From Pseudomonadota bacterium (GTDB lineage: Bacteria; SAR324; NAC60-12): 64,000 nucleotides of DNA. Location: contig SHAT01000001.1 in NCBI GenBank assembly GCA_004213175.1, forward strand, positions 1,720-65,719, in the 5' to 3' direction. Shown here piece by piece: positions 39,356 through 49,701 of this stretch; position 1 is the stretch's first letter, and each line of letters starts with the position of its first letter. A program made the translations under genes and the position numbers. The notes under the pieces were generated by a model. The model searched no databases. It was not told the origin of the DNA and saw only the letters and a program-made list of their open reading frames with translations.

Positions 39356-39417
39356 AGTATAAATCCTGGTTATGTTTATGAATTTATAGATAATATACTA
39401 AACTTGTTGTTCTGACC

Positions 39418-42402
39418 TTGAACCATGAAACTGGTCTTGTCTATATGAGGTTACTATGGAATTTCTTTGTTCTGTTAACCTTCAGCATCTTGACTGCTGT
39501 CAGCGCACTCGCGCAAAAGACAGATGCCTACAATAATCCTATCTTAATTAATAATATCGAGTTGCTGCGCCGTGGCAAGCAAATCAGTGTACGTCTTCTC
39601 ACAAACAAAGCCCCAGATTACGAAATAACTGAAAATCTTGCAGCCCGAACGTTGGTGTTAAAGATCAAAAACGCAAGTGCTGTTTTTAAAGACGGACGTC
39701 TTGAACGTCTATTTAATGATTCTCAATTGGCAGGAATCCGTTTTTTAGCAATTGACGGTGACAGTTGGGCACAATTTAAATTGTTGCAAAAAGATTTAAG
39801 TTATTCCGTCAGTTCTCTCGAAAAGAACAATGGAGTTCAAATTGATTTCCGCCCCACATTCCAAGTTCAACCCTTGCCCGATCCCCTCGAAGACTCTGTG
39901 TATGAGCTTTCTGATATTGATTTTGACACCAGCAAAGGAAATTTTACACGTATAACTTTCAGTTTTAACAAACTGTCAAAGATCTCAGCAGATGGTTCTG
40001 TTCCCGAAGACAAGCATCCACCACGAATTTTTTTACTGGAAGACAGCCAACAAACTTTGCTGACAATCCGAATGCCCAATACTTTAGCTAAAAAAAATCT
40101 GGGTGGAAAAAAATATAAAGGATCACGTTTAGAACTGGCATCACTCAAATCAAATGTAAACCAAACCTTTGTTGAATTAAAACTCAAAGCAAGAGCGGTT
40201 AGTGTGGAACGACATTTTGTGTCTAGTCCGCTTAAATGGATGCTCGACATTCATGGGACACCATACAAGAAAAAAACTACCACTTTAGCAATGGAAGGGA
40301 AAAAACTGAGTCAGAAAGAATTGGCTCTGCTTGAATCTAAGGAAAACGCACGCCGTATTAGAAATTCTAAAATCAATCCCATAATTCAACTTGGTGAAAC
40401 CGCTTTTCGTACGAGAATGTATGATGAAGCTGTAAAACATTTCAGGGAAGCTTATGCTCTCGGAAAATCTCACACTCAAGAAGAGTTTGGTGATCCTCTC
40501 CATCCATTAGCAGCAAGAGCACTTTTCCGGATCGGAGACACGATATACACGATGCTTGAGCGTCGCATAGGCAATAACTATCACCAAGCAATTGAAGCAT
40601 ACAAAACAGCAATCCGTATCACACAGGATGCAGAAAAATTTGCTCAGGAAAATGGTGAAACGTTTGTCACGACGTCTCTTTTACCTCACGCAATTTTGCG
40701 GATCGGTCGTGCGTATCAAAAAATGAATTTCCAACATGAGGCTGATGTTTACTTTAAAATATTGCGGGATCGTTTCTCAAATTCAATTCAAGCCAATGAG
40801 GCAAATTTTTGGCAGGGTATGAGTGGTATAGAGCAAAGACAATGGGAAAACAGTATCACAAATTTTAAAGAATATTTGCGTTCTACCCCACAACCAAAAT
40901 ATTTTGCTGTTACACATTACAAAATGGCACAGGCTTATTATCAACTTGAACGATACATCACCGCACGCGAATTTTTTGACATAGCGCGTAATGTTGACAA
41001 GGAATACGTCAAAGATGACCCAACATTATTATTCCACATGGGGGAGACTTATTATGAAAATGCAGATTATGTAACGGCACGTGAAATTTTCCGGCTCCTC
41101 CTGCAAAAATATCCAAAAGCTGATTTTTCAAAATTAGTCGCACTTCGTCTAGGTGATTTTCTGCGAGACGAAGGTAAAGAAGACGAAGCTATTCAAGCCT
41201 ACAAAAAAGCAATCAGCAGTTACAAAAGAGAAATTGCTCTACTTGGAAAATTGCGAATTGCGAACATTCAGGCAAAACGCCCATATACAGAGGAACACCT
41301 TGAGGCAATCAAGGTATATGATGAAATAGCCAGACTATATCCAGAAACTCCTCAGGCAGAAGAAGCAATGCTCCGAAAAGGATTGACGCTTACACTTTAT
41401 GGTTCTTATGAAGATGCTATAAAATCTCTGGAACTTTTCATGGAGAAATATCCTCAAAATGTATACGTGCTAAAAAATGTAATTCAGGAGAACATTGATG
41501 AAAATCTGAAAGGGCTTATAGATAGTTATTTTCGCCAGAACGACACGCTTGCCCTGGTAAGTGCATATAGTGATTATAAAGCAAAATATCTTTTCGATTT
41601 CCGTTTTAATACTACTCTTTTTCAAACTGCGGTAGCTCACCGCAAACTACAATTTTTTGATGAAGCACTAGATATTTTACGCTTTCTCGAAACACGTTCC
41701 GGAGGAACAATCAGCGAATTGGTTCAGCTTGAAAAAGCTCGCACGCAGTTAGAAAAAGAAGATCTGACAGAAGCCCGAAATACTATTGCTAGATTTCTAA
41801 AACATTCCCCTGAAAGTCCTTACGACTCTGAAACTAGGCAACTGTTGGCACGTATTTACAGAAAACAGAAATCATACCCCAAAGCATTACTTGTTTACAA
41901 ACAAACTATTCAAAAATACAATCAAAACAAGAAACCGTTGTTAGCCGAAATAGTTCCCGAGCTCTATTATGATTTAGGCGAATTACATGAGGAAACAGGG
42001 AATTTTGTAGAAGCAGGGAAAGCTTTTCAGGGAGCGATTTCAAGCTATAAACACCCGCTTGATCATAAGGACACTCCAGAGTATATTATCAAAAGCCATT
42101 TCCTGTCAGCAGATATGCACAAGAAAGCACATAATTATGAGACTGCGCTGAAGACCTATCAGAATGCAATTTCTCTTTATGGAGACAAGAAGAGCAAGGA
42201 AATAATTGAACTTGTTTTTTGGGCAACCTATCATATAGGAACTATTTATTCACGACAAGATAAAGATCAGAAGGCATTAACAATATTCAAAAAACTGATG
42301 ATTGAAAAAACAGGTGAAGGTCACCTTTGGAAAAAACTTGCGAAAGAAAATCACCATAGGATTTCTAGAAAATTAGCGTATGATAATTATCTTAAAGAGT
42401 GA
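39418..42402 (+). CDS. Large secreted TPR-repeat protein
   Basis: 994 aa. Probable signal peptide from the internal Met (MRLLWNFFVLLTFSILTAVSALA). Numerous TPR-like A/Y/F-spaced helices in the C-terminal two thirds. Confidence 0.7.
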   Translation: MNHETGLVYMRLLWNFFVLLTFSILTAVSALAQKTDAYNNPILINNIELLRRGKQISVRLLTNKAPDYEITENLAARTLVLKIKNASAVFKDGRLERLFNDSQLAGIRFLAIDGDSWAQFKLLQKDLSYSVSSLEKNNGVQIDFRPTFQVQPLPDPLEDSVYELSDIDFDTSKGNFTRITFSFNKLSKISADGSVPEDKHPPRIFLLEDSQQTLLTIRMPNTLAKKNLGGKKYKGSRLELASLKSNVNQTFVELKLKARAVSVERHFVSSPLKWMLDIHGTPYKKKTTTLAMEGKKLSQKELALLESKENARRIRNSKINPIIQLGETAFRTRMYDEAVKHFREAYALGKSHTQEEFGDPLHPLAARALFRIGDTIYTMLERRIGNNYHQAIEAYKTAIRITQDAEKFAQENGETFVTTSLLPHAILRIGRAYQKMNFQHEADVYFKILRDRFSNSIQANEANFWQGMSGIEQRQWENSITNFKEYLRSTPQPKYFAVTHYKMAQAYYQLERYITAREFFDIARNVDKEYVKDDPTLLFHMGETYYENADYVTAREIFRLLLQKYPKADFSKLVALRLGDFLRDEGKEDEAIQAYKKAISSYKREIALLGKLRIANIQAKRPYTEEHLEAIKVYDEIARLYPETPQAEEAMLRKGLTLTLYGSYEDAIKSLELFMEKYPQNVYVLKNVIQENIDENLKGLIDSYFRQNDTLALVSAYSDYKAKYLFDFRFNTTLFQTAVAHRKLQFFDEALDILRFLETRSGGTISELVQLEKARTQLEKEDLTEARNTIARFLKHSPESPYDSETRQLLARIYRKQKSYPKALLVYKQTIQKYNQNKKPLLAEIVPELYYDLGELHEETGNFVEAGKAFQGAISSYKHPLDHKDTPEYIIKSHFLSADMHKKAHNYETALKTYQNAISLYGDKKSKEIIELVFWATYHIGTIYSRQDKDQKALTIFKKLMIEKTGEGHLWKKLAKENHHRISRKLAYDNYLKE

Positions 42403-42944
42403 ACGTTTCTTGATTAGTAATAAGATATTGTATCAGCGTGCCTTTTGACATTATAAAGTTAATTTTTTAAACTTTAGTCAGTTTTAAATCTGATTGACTT
42501 TTGTTGTGTAAACATGTAAGAAAGTTTATTTAATGATTAACATTTTAAAGTGTCAAAGTTTTGCTGAGAGTTGCCACACTTTTTATTAACATTGATTTAA
42601 GATCTTTTTTTTGATTTCTGAGAACTCCAACAAAAGTTTTTGTACATCTCCTGACTAACCTTTAAATGCATGTATATGAATTTCATGAAATAATTCATGC
42701 TCACTCAAGTAAAGTGCCTCTAGAGTAAGGTCACTTTTCGGAATTAAGGTGTAACAGACAATATTGTTTCTTTTGCTCGCTATTTCATAGCGAAATTTAT
42801 ATTTCCGCAATTTTTTTATTCAACTTACAAGATTTCCTAATTATTTTCTGTTTTTTCCCAAAGCCTAAGCTGAAAAATTAATTCTGAATTTTTTAAAAGG
42901 TTTAAAGATGCCCACATTTAAATCTACTTTTAGCAAAATATTTC

Positions 42945-44021
42945 TCAACCATAATCGTCCCAAATAGAGTTGAATGGAAGCGGAGTCTCCTCATACACTC
43001 TCACTTTTTCTTTTTCAAGCAGGCGTTCCTTCGTTACCAATTCGCCCAGATAATGCAATAACTCTGGGATCCCAACTTTACTTAAAGAAGAAACACGAAA
43101 AACAGTTTCTCCTAACGCTTCAAGAAATTTTTCTAATTCATCCAATCCATTATCTTCTACAACACTATCCATTTTTGTTAGCGCAATTGCTCTCGATTTT
43201 TCCAACAGTTTTGGTGAAAAGAGCTCAAGTTCTTCAATCAAAATTGTGTATTCTTCCTGAGGTGATTTTTCAGAAAATCCTGAAACATCGAGCAACAATA
43301 GTAAACTTGCCGTTCTCTCTATGTGACGTAAAAAACGATCCCCCAGTCCTCTACCTTCATGTGCTCCCGCGACAATGCCTGGAATATCAGCAATCATAAA
43401 GGGATCAAGATTCGCTATTTTAACAACACCAAGTTGTGGTACAAGTGTAGTAAAAGGATAATCCGCAATTTTTGGACGTGCCTGCGAAACATTACTGATC
43501 AGTGTAGATTTCCCTGCATTTGGAAAACCGACTAAGCCAACATCTGCCATCAATTTAAGCTCCAGCCGAACCCAGCAGTCATACCCTAGTTCGCCTGTCT
43601 GATAATATTCAGGAGCGCGATTCGTCGATGTTTTGAAACGAGCGTTCCCACGTCCTCCGCGTCCACCCGAAAAAAGCAAGTAATCTTTTGTTTCAACTAC
43701 CTCCAGGAAAATTTCACCTGTTTCAATATCTTTGACTACTGTTCCCAAAGGTACGTGTATGAGAAGATCTTTACCGTTTCGTCCGTGTTTATCACTGCCG
43801 CTACCGTTCGCTCCATTTTCAGCATGCTGATGCTGTTGAAATGAAAGATCCAGCAGGGTGTTTTTCCTAAGGTCACCCACTAGAAAAACGTCGCCACCTT
43901 TTCCACCGTCACCCCCATCAGGCCCCCCATGCGAAATATATTTTTCCCTACGGAATGCAGAGCACCCATCACCACCTTTTCCGGAACGCACATGAATTTT
44001 TACTGAATCAACAAACTTCAT
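42945..44021 (-). CDS. obg: GTPase Obg/CgtA
   Basis: 358 aa. Gly-rich Obg fold (MKFVDSVKIHVRSGKGGDG...GGPDGGDGGKGG). G-domain motifs GFPNAGKST and DIPG. Confidence 0.9.
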   Translation of the reverse strand: MKFVDSVKIHVRSGKGGDGCSAFRREKYISHGGPDGGDGGKGGDVFLVGDLRKNTLLDLSFQQHQHAENGANGSGSDKHGRNGKDLLIHVPLGTVVKDIETGEIFLEVVETKDYLLFSGGRGGRGNARFKTSTNRAPEYYQTGELGYDCWVRLELKLMADVGLVGFPNAGKSTLISNVSQARPKIADYPFTTLVPQLGVVKIANLDPFMIADIPGIVAGAHEGRGLGDRFLRHIERTASLLLLLDVSGFSEKSPQEEYTILIEELELFSPKLLEKSRAIALTKMDSVVEDNGLDELEKFLEALGETVFRVSSLSKVGIPELLHYLGELVTKERLLEKEKVRVYEETPLPFNSIWDDYG

Positions 44022-44224
44022 AAATTATGTAATGACAAACGGGCGCATTATAAATTTAATAGGTAAACAGGTTGGAAAAGATATTTTACTAGATGTTTGT
44101 TTGAAGGGCAAGCTGTGCAGATATTCCTAAATTATTTCACTTTTTCTTTACCATTTTTAGGAATTACAGTATAAATCATACACAAATTTGAAAAGAATTT
44201 TATGATTAAATTTTAAAGGGATGC

Positions 44225-44608
44225 ATGGAAGAATCAATCACGGAAGGTGTTCGGGTAAATGTTGAAGCAATTTACATGGAAACTCATTCCTACCCTGAAA
44301 AAAATCGGTATGTATTTGCTTATCGAATACGATTAAAAAACTTCAGCCAGCGAACTGTACAACTTTTAAGACGGCACTGGATTATCACTGACAGCAACGG
44401 TGAGACAAACGAGGTCCACGGTGAAGGTGTGGTAGGAGAGCAACCAGTTTTGGAACCGGATCAGGAATATGAATACACTAGCGGTTCTCACTTAAAATCA
44501 CCTGTGGGAACGATGCAGGGATCTTATCAAATGAAAACCACAGACGGTGAAGAATTTGAGGTAACTATTCCCTGTTTCACTCTTGCAGTACCAGGATCTA
44601 TAAATTAA
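44225..44608 (+). CDS. apaG: ApaG-domain protein
   Basis: 127 aa. ...YRIRLKN.S..TVQLLRRHWIITDSNGE..EV.GEGVVGEQP.L.P...YEY.SG matches the ApaG fold. Confidence 0.75.
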   Translation: MEESITEGVRVNVEAIYMETHSYPEKNRYVFAYRIRLKNFSQRTVQLLRRHWIITDSNGETNEVHGEGVVGEQPVLEPDQEYEYTSGSHLKSPVGTMQGSYQMKTTDGEEFEVTIPCFTLAVPGSIN

Positions 44609-44615
44609 TTTCGGA

Positions 44616-45068
44616 TCATTTAAAATTCAGCCAGATTGCCCCTGAACCTCCAAAACGAGGGGGGGCCTCATGAAAATTCCGTAGATAAAAGTTTCCATTT
44701 CGCTTAAGCCAATGCTCAACTCCTTTTTTTAGCACAGGTCCCTGATTACCGGAATTGAGACCTTTTCCTGTGATAATTAAGCCAGTCTGGAGTTGTTGTG
44801 AATGACATGTAATTAAAAAATTTTGCACTATCATGATTGCTTCTTCAAGAGTTTTACCGTGTAAGTCCAACTCTTGGTCAGGTATAAGCAATGTGTTATT
44901 TGTAGAGGCTTGTTTTTTCTTCTGATAAGATTTGTCAACTGGAATTTCCAAGACAGGTTCTTTGTCAGGAACATCACTGATTTCGTCGAAAATCTGTTCC
45001 ATTAATGAATCATCCTGTTCGGATTCTTCAAAAGCAACAATGGGATATTTTGAGCTTTTACTGCTCAT
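44616..45068 (-). CDS. Smr-domain protein
   Basis: 150 aa. LDLHGKTLEEA...GLIITGKG..S....PVLK..V..WL Smr consensus. Confidence 0.7.
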   Translation of the reverse strand: MSSKSSKYPIVAFEESEQDDSLMEQIFDEISDVPDKEPVLEIPVDKSYQKKKQASTNNTLLIPDQELDLHGKTLEEAIMIVQNFLITCHSQQLQTGLIITGKGLNSGNQGPVLKKGVEHWLKRNGNFYLRNFHEAPPRFGGSGAIWLNFK

Positions 45069-45080
45069 ATTTTCCCGTAA

Positions 45081-45689
45081 TTAAAAATAGTAGCGTGCTG
45101 ATATTGCGTTGTAGAAAGTTTGGCTATCATCACCTAACCCTTGTTTACTCAGTACACCTAATTCAAGTGAAACTGCAAAATTTGGACTACTCTTCGGGAA
45201 AATTTCACTTCCGGAAAAAAATCTAAATGCGGTCCCTCGCTTGCTGTCTTTAGAGATTAGTCCAGTCCCTGCACCATAAAATAGATCACTTGTACCTTCA
45301 ACCTTAAAAACTCTCGCATAACGTAATTCGAATGCGAAAGTATCCTCTGAACCAGAGCTATAACCAACCATCAACTCCGCAGAATCAATTTCGCTGAGCC
45401 AGTTTTTTATAGAAAGATTTTCCTCATTACCATTTGGCCGATAATGAAAACCTATTCCAATTCTACGTGCCAGACTACGTCCGGTAGAATCAAATTCTAT
45501 CAGACTCAAATCAGCCCTGTCAATTTTTAGTTCCTGTGCAGTCAAGTTTGATTCAAGAAATAAAGTTTTTTCATTCATGATACGAATTTTACCTTCCAGC
45601 GATTCTCCGCTGTTAAGACGTAAAGTTTCTGCGCTTACAGGAATTGTAAAAATTAGCAGGGTAAAAAGTGAAAGTGTTTTTTTAAGCAT
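45081..45689 (-). CDS. Putative outer-membrane beta-barrel protein
   Basis: Start placed at the internal Met (MLKKTLSLFTLLIFTIPVSAE, 45687-45689), which gives a signal peptide. Alternating pattern and C-terminal ...ISARYYF. Confidence 0.45.
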   Translation of the reverse strand: MLKKTLSLFTLLIFTIPVSAETLRLNSGESLEGKIRIMNEKTLFLESNLTAQELKIDRADLSLIEFDSTGRSLARRIGIGFHYRPNGNEENLSIKNWLSEIDSAELMVGYSSGSEDTFAFELRYARVFKVEGTSDLFYGAGTGLISKDSKRGTAFRFFSGSEIFPKSSPNFAVSLELGVLSKQGLGDDSQTFYNAISARYYF

Positions 45690-45915
45690 AGCTCTGTGTT
45701 CTTTATTGTTTTTCAAAAATTTCACTATGTCGCAAAGCATGCAATTCGTGCACCTTGGCTTCATGTTTAACACAGCAAGATAATTCAGAACTAGCAGAAA
45801 AACTGTTCAAATAGTGTTTTCTTGACTTTCGGGTTACATTTAGCCCACAATGAATCTATAGAATTTTTTATTTACGCTGCACCGAAATACTAACCGCACA
45901 CGTTTTTAACTATTT

Positions 45916-46692
45916 ATGAAAAAAATCCATCCGACTGCTATCATAGAAGACGGTGCGCAAATTGGTTTAGATGTTGAAATCGGGCCATTTTGCGTGATTG
46001 GTCCAGATGTTACAATTGGTGACGGATGTCAATTGAAATCTCACGTTATCCTTGAAGGGCAAACTAAAATCGGTGACGAAAATATTTTTCACCCTGCAGC
46101 TTACATAGGTGGAGAACCACAGGATTTAAAATATAATCTAGAAAAAACGCTTGTCACAATTGGCAGCAAAAACACCTTTCGTGAAGGCGTATCTGTTCAT
46201 CGTGGAACAGTTGGCGGTGGTGGGAAAACGGTAATAGGTGATGCGAACTTACTTATGGGTTATGTTCACGTTGCTCATGACTGTCGCATAGGCAATCATA
46301 ATATTCTTGCAAATTACACCGGTCTGAGTGGGCATGTTACATTGGAAAACTACGTAACTCTAGGTGGACAAAACGGGGTTGCTCAATTTTTGTGCGTTGG
46401 ATCTTATGTTTACACAGGTGCGGCTTCCCTTATTGACCGCAATATTCCACCATATGCCACCGGATACGGGAACCGTTTTGAGGTAAAAGGTGTCAATATT
46501 GTCGGCTTGAAACGCAGGAATTTCAGTCGTGAATCAATAGGCGAAATACTGGAAGCGCACAGAATTTTTTATCGTTCTGAACTGAAAAATGACGAAGCAC
46601 TTCGAATCATTGAGGAAACGTTTGGAGAAAGTACAGCAATTCGGGCTTTTCTGGATTTTATTTACTCTGTAGAAGGAAGCGGTAAACACTGA
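45916..46692 (+). CDS. lpxA: UDP-N-acetylglucosamine O-acyltransferase
   Basis: 258 aa. Left-handed beta-helix hexapeptide repeats. MKKIHPTAIIEDGAQIG...HVAHDCRIGN and LpxA C-terminal helical domain. Confidence 0.85.
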   Translation: MKKIHPTAIIEDGAQIGLDVEIGPFCVIGPDVTIGDGCQLKSHVILEGQTKIGDENIFHPAAYIGGEPQDLKYNLEKTLVTIGSKNTFREGVSVHRGTVGGGGKTVIGDANLLMGYVHVAHDCRIGNHNILANYTGLSGHVTLENYVTLGGQNGVAQFLCVGSYVYTGAASLIDRNIPPYATGYGNRFEVKGVNIVGLKRRNFSRESIGEILEAHRIFYRSELKNDEALRIIEETFGESTAIRAFLDFIYSVEGSGKH

Positions 46693-46717
46693 GTTCGTTA
46701 TCAAGAGAGGTTGTGGT

Positions 46718-47626
46718 ATGGCAAGCATTATCGATGCACTTGAAGAGCGGCTTCTGCAATACCTGCTGGAACAGGAAACAAAAAAAACTTGGGAAGAATG
46801 GCTGCAGTGGCTGGCTGACTTGGATTGTCCACTCACCTTCGAAAAACCTCCCCATGTACCAAATCGGCCTTTCAGTTTTCAAACCTGGCTAGCTGCTTGT
46901 GAGCAACAGCTTATTTCAAATCAGGAATGGCAGGCACGTCTGAGTACACCTGCCTGGCTCAAAAGACAGCAAATAACTGTCATGCCGATTATCCTCAAAA
47001 GGGGAGATAGCCAGATTCCGGGTATTGCAGAGATTGGCGGACTCAATTCGGAGATGGCTCGTTTAATTGATCAGATTCATACAGTTCAACAGCGTTTAAT
47101 TCACTTAGAAAAAGGATCTTCACAGAGTTCGAAAAAAACGGTAGGACAATCTGCCTCACAGCAAATACCTGCGGTTCCTGTTGCAAATGTGACTTTCCCG
47201 GGAAGCGGCTTATCGGATCCCCTCGGCCGTCCAGATCTTGCCAGAACACTTGAGAGGGAACAACAGATGCTAAATAAAACCGGAGAAACAAAGAATGGTC
47301 CAAATTCGAAAGCAGATAAGGATTCTACTGAACCGCAAATTGTCTCTCTCAAAGAGGCATATTTAAGTTATAATCGGTGGTGTGACCAGTTCGAGGAGGT
47401 GCATCTTAATTTGGAGGAATTTGTAAATGGAGAGCTCAGAGTTTTGAGTAGTCATCAAATTTCCTTTCAACAATTCAGCCACCGTATACTTAAAAAAGCA
47501 AAAGAAGTAAAAGAATTAGAGCATATCCTGGAATCTTTTACCAGACTCCGCGCCGGTGGAGTTGATATAAATATGGAAGAATCGCCTGGAACTGTCGAAG
47601 TTACAAATTCCGTAACTGATGAATAA
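46718..47626 (+). CDS. Hypothetical protein (Trp/Gln-rich N-terminal part, Ser/Gln-rich linker)
   Basis: 302-aa ORF wedged between lpxA (26-bp gap) and pheS (21-bp gap). No recognisable motif. Looks GC-richer than flanks by eye. Confidence 0.5.
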   Translation: MASIIDALEERLLQYLLEQETKKTWEEWLQWLADLDCPLTFEKPPHVPNRPFSFQTWLAACEQQLISNQEWQARLSTPAWLKRQQITVMPIILKRGDSQIPGIAEIGGLNSEMARLIDQIHTVQQRLIHLEKGSSQSSKKTVGQSASQQIPAVPVANVTFPGSGLSDPLGRPDLARTLEREQQMLNKTGETKNGPNSKADKDSTEPQIVSLKEAYLSYNRWCDQFEEVHLNLEEFVNGELRVLSSHQISFQQFSHRILKKAKEVKELEHILESFTRLRAGGVDINMEESPGTVEVTNSVTDE

Positions 47627-47647
47627 TCAATTTACTATTCTCAAAAA

Positions 47648-48685
47648 ATGCTTAAACAAATAAACCTTCTCCGAGAAAAGGGACACTGTGAACTTAAGGC
47701 TATAACCAGTACAGATCAACTTCCTGATTGGTATCATCAATATCTTGGACGCAAAGGTGAACTCACTTCTTTTCTTAAACAACTTGGAACAATTACATCT
47801 GAAGATCGCCCTGCGGTGGGAAAAATTATAAACGATGTTAAACAAGAATTTCAGCAGTCTTTTGATTTACGTCAAGAAAGCTTGCGAGAAAGCAAGCTTC
47901 ATCAAGAACTTAAAAGTGACGATTTGGATGTAACTCTTCCGGGTCGTCCCTGCACTAATGGACATCTGCACCTTACAACTCAGACATTGCGCCGTATTTA
48001 TCAAATTTTTCAGGCAATGGGTTTTCAGATTTATGAATCACCTGAAGTGGAGAGTGACGAGTTTAATTTTCAACTTCTGAACATTCCAGAATATCACCCT
48101 GCACGAGATATGTGGGACACCTTCTGGGTAGACTCCGAGGTGGTATTACGTACACACACTTCACCCGGACAAATTAGGGCCATGCGTGAATATTTTCCAG
48201 AGCCAATTAGGGTTATTCTTCCTGGCAAATGTTACCGCTACGAGCAAATCACCCCACGCTCTGAGCATCAATTTTATCAGGTTGAAGGTTTGGCAATTGG
48301 CAAAAATATCAAACTGACAGATCTAATTGGGGTTATGAGTGAATTCGCGCATAAAATGTATGGAGCAGACAGAAAGGTGAGAATACGCGGAAGTTACTTC
48401 CCTTTCACTGAACCAAGTATTGAAATAGATATGAGCTGCAGCTGTATAGACAAAGCGGACAACGTTAGTAACGGCTGTCGTCTCTGCAAATATACAGGAT
48501 GGCTGGAAGTCGCTGGAGCAGGGATGGTACATCCGACCGTCCTACTTAACGGTGGATATGATCCAGAAGAATGGAGCGGTTTTGCCTTCGGGATGGGAGT
48601 TGAAAGGCCAGCACTACTAAAACACAACATAAACGATATCCGCTACTTTTATGGCAATGACCTGAGATTTCTACAGCAATTCTGA
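47648..48685 (+). CDS. pheS: Phenylalanine--tRNA ligase alpha subunit
   Basis: 345 aa. Class II aaRS motifs (FPFTEPS, GWLEVAGAGMVHP, FAFGMGVERPA). Confidence 0.9.
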   Translation: MLKQINLLREKGHCELKAITSTDQLPDWYHQYLGRKGELTSFLKQLGTITSEDRPAVGKIINDVKQEFQQSFDLRQESLRESKLHQELKSDDLDVTLPGRPCTNGHLHLTTQTLRRIYQIFQAMGFQIYESPEVESDEFNFQLLNIPEYHPARDMWDTFWVDSEVVLRTHTSPGQIRAMREYFPEPIRVILPGKCYRYEQITPRSEHQFYQVEGLAIGKNIKLTDLIGVMSEFAHKMYGADRKVRIRGSYFPFTEPSIEIDMSCSCIDKADNVSNGCRLCKYTGWLEVAGAGMVHPTVLLNGGYDPEEWSGFAFGMGVERPALLKHNINDIRYFYGNDLRFLQQF

Positions 48686-48912
48686 TTATGCTTGATAACT
48701 TTGATCCACAGGAAAAGAAGGTCATTCTGATCTTTATCGCTTTGCTTCTGTTGGGATTGGTATACGTGGGAACACATAATCTGCAGTTAGGTCAACCTGA
48801 ACAGCATTACAGCACTCCTATTCAAGAGGAGGAGGCCTCTAATTCGGGGAAATATCTTTGAACTTGTTCTTAGAAAAATGCTAAAAAATCATTCTGAACT
48901 GCAAAAACTTCC

Positions 48913-49701
48913 TTATCCTCCTAAAAATAAACGTCCTACATCAGGATTTTCAAGCAACTCATCTCCTGAGCCTGCGATAGCAGTCTGACCTGAAACCAGC
49001 ACATAGCCTATATCAGCAAACTCCAAACCTTTTTTTGCGTTTTGCTCTACAATGATTATTGTTTTTTTTTCACTTTTTTGTAGGTCATTCAGAATCTCAA
49101 AGACCATCTCTATATATCTGGGTTCCAAACCAATTGATGGTTCGTCAACTAATAGAACGCTTGGTTTCATAACAAGTGCCCTTGAAATTTCAAGCAGTCT
49201 TCTTTCGCCACCAGACAAAACCTTTGCAGCTTGATTCCTTCTGTTTCTCAATCGATCATATTTTTCAAATATTTTCTCTGCCTCCTCATAAGACTCTTCG
49301 GTTTTGTCCTTAATATAACCTCCCATCAGCAAATTCTCTTCTACGGTCATATCAGGGAACACAGAATTGTCCTGTAGGATGTAAGCTATTCCAACTGACT
49401 TAAGCTTTTCTGCAGGAGTCATGCTAGTAATTTCTTTGCCTTCAATTTCAATCTGTCCTGAAAAAATATTTGTAAATCCGTAGATTGAGTGTAGTATCGT
49501 TGACTTGCCTGCACCGTTTGGTCCTACTAAACACAAAGACTGAGCTTTACTTACAAACAAATCAAAATCATGTAATATTGCCATTTTCCCATAACCCGCA
49601 TTAAGTTTTTTAATTCTTAAATGGAGATCATTGGGAGATAGATTTTCCAGCTCCTCCGGACCAGGTGAATCACCTAATACTTCATATTGATCAGTAGCCA
49701 T
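48913..49701 (-). CDS. livF: Branched-chain amino-acid ABC transporter ATPase (LivF-like)
   Basis: 262 aa. GPNGAGKST, LSGGERRLLEISRAL, LLVDEPSIGL. Confidence 0.8.
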   Translation of the reverse strand: MATDQYEVLGDSPGPEELENLSPNDLHLRIKKLNAGYGKMAILHDFDLFVSKAQSLCLVGPNGAGKSTILHSIYGFTNIFSGQIEIEGKEITSMTPAEKLKSVGIAYILQDNSVFPDMTVEENLLMGGYIKDKTEESYEEAEKIFEKYDRLRNRRNQAAKVLSGGERRLLEISRALVMKPSVLLVDEPSIGLEPRYIEMVFEILNDLQKSEKKTIIIVEQNAKKGLEFADIGYVLVSGQTAIAGSGDELLENPDVGRLFLGG

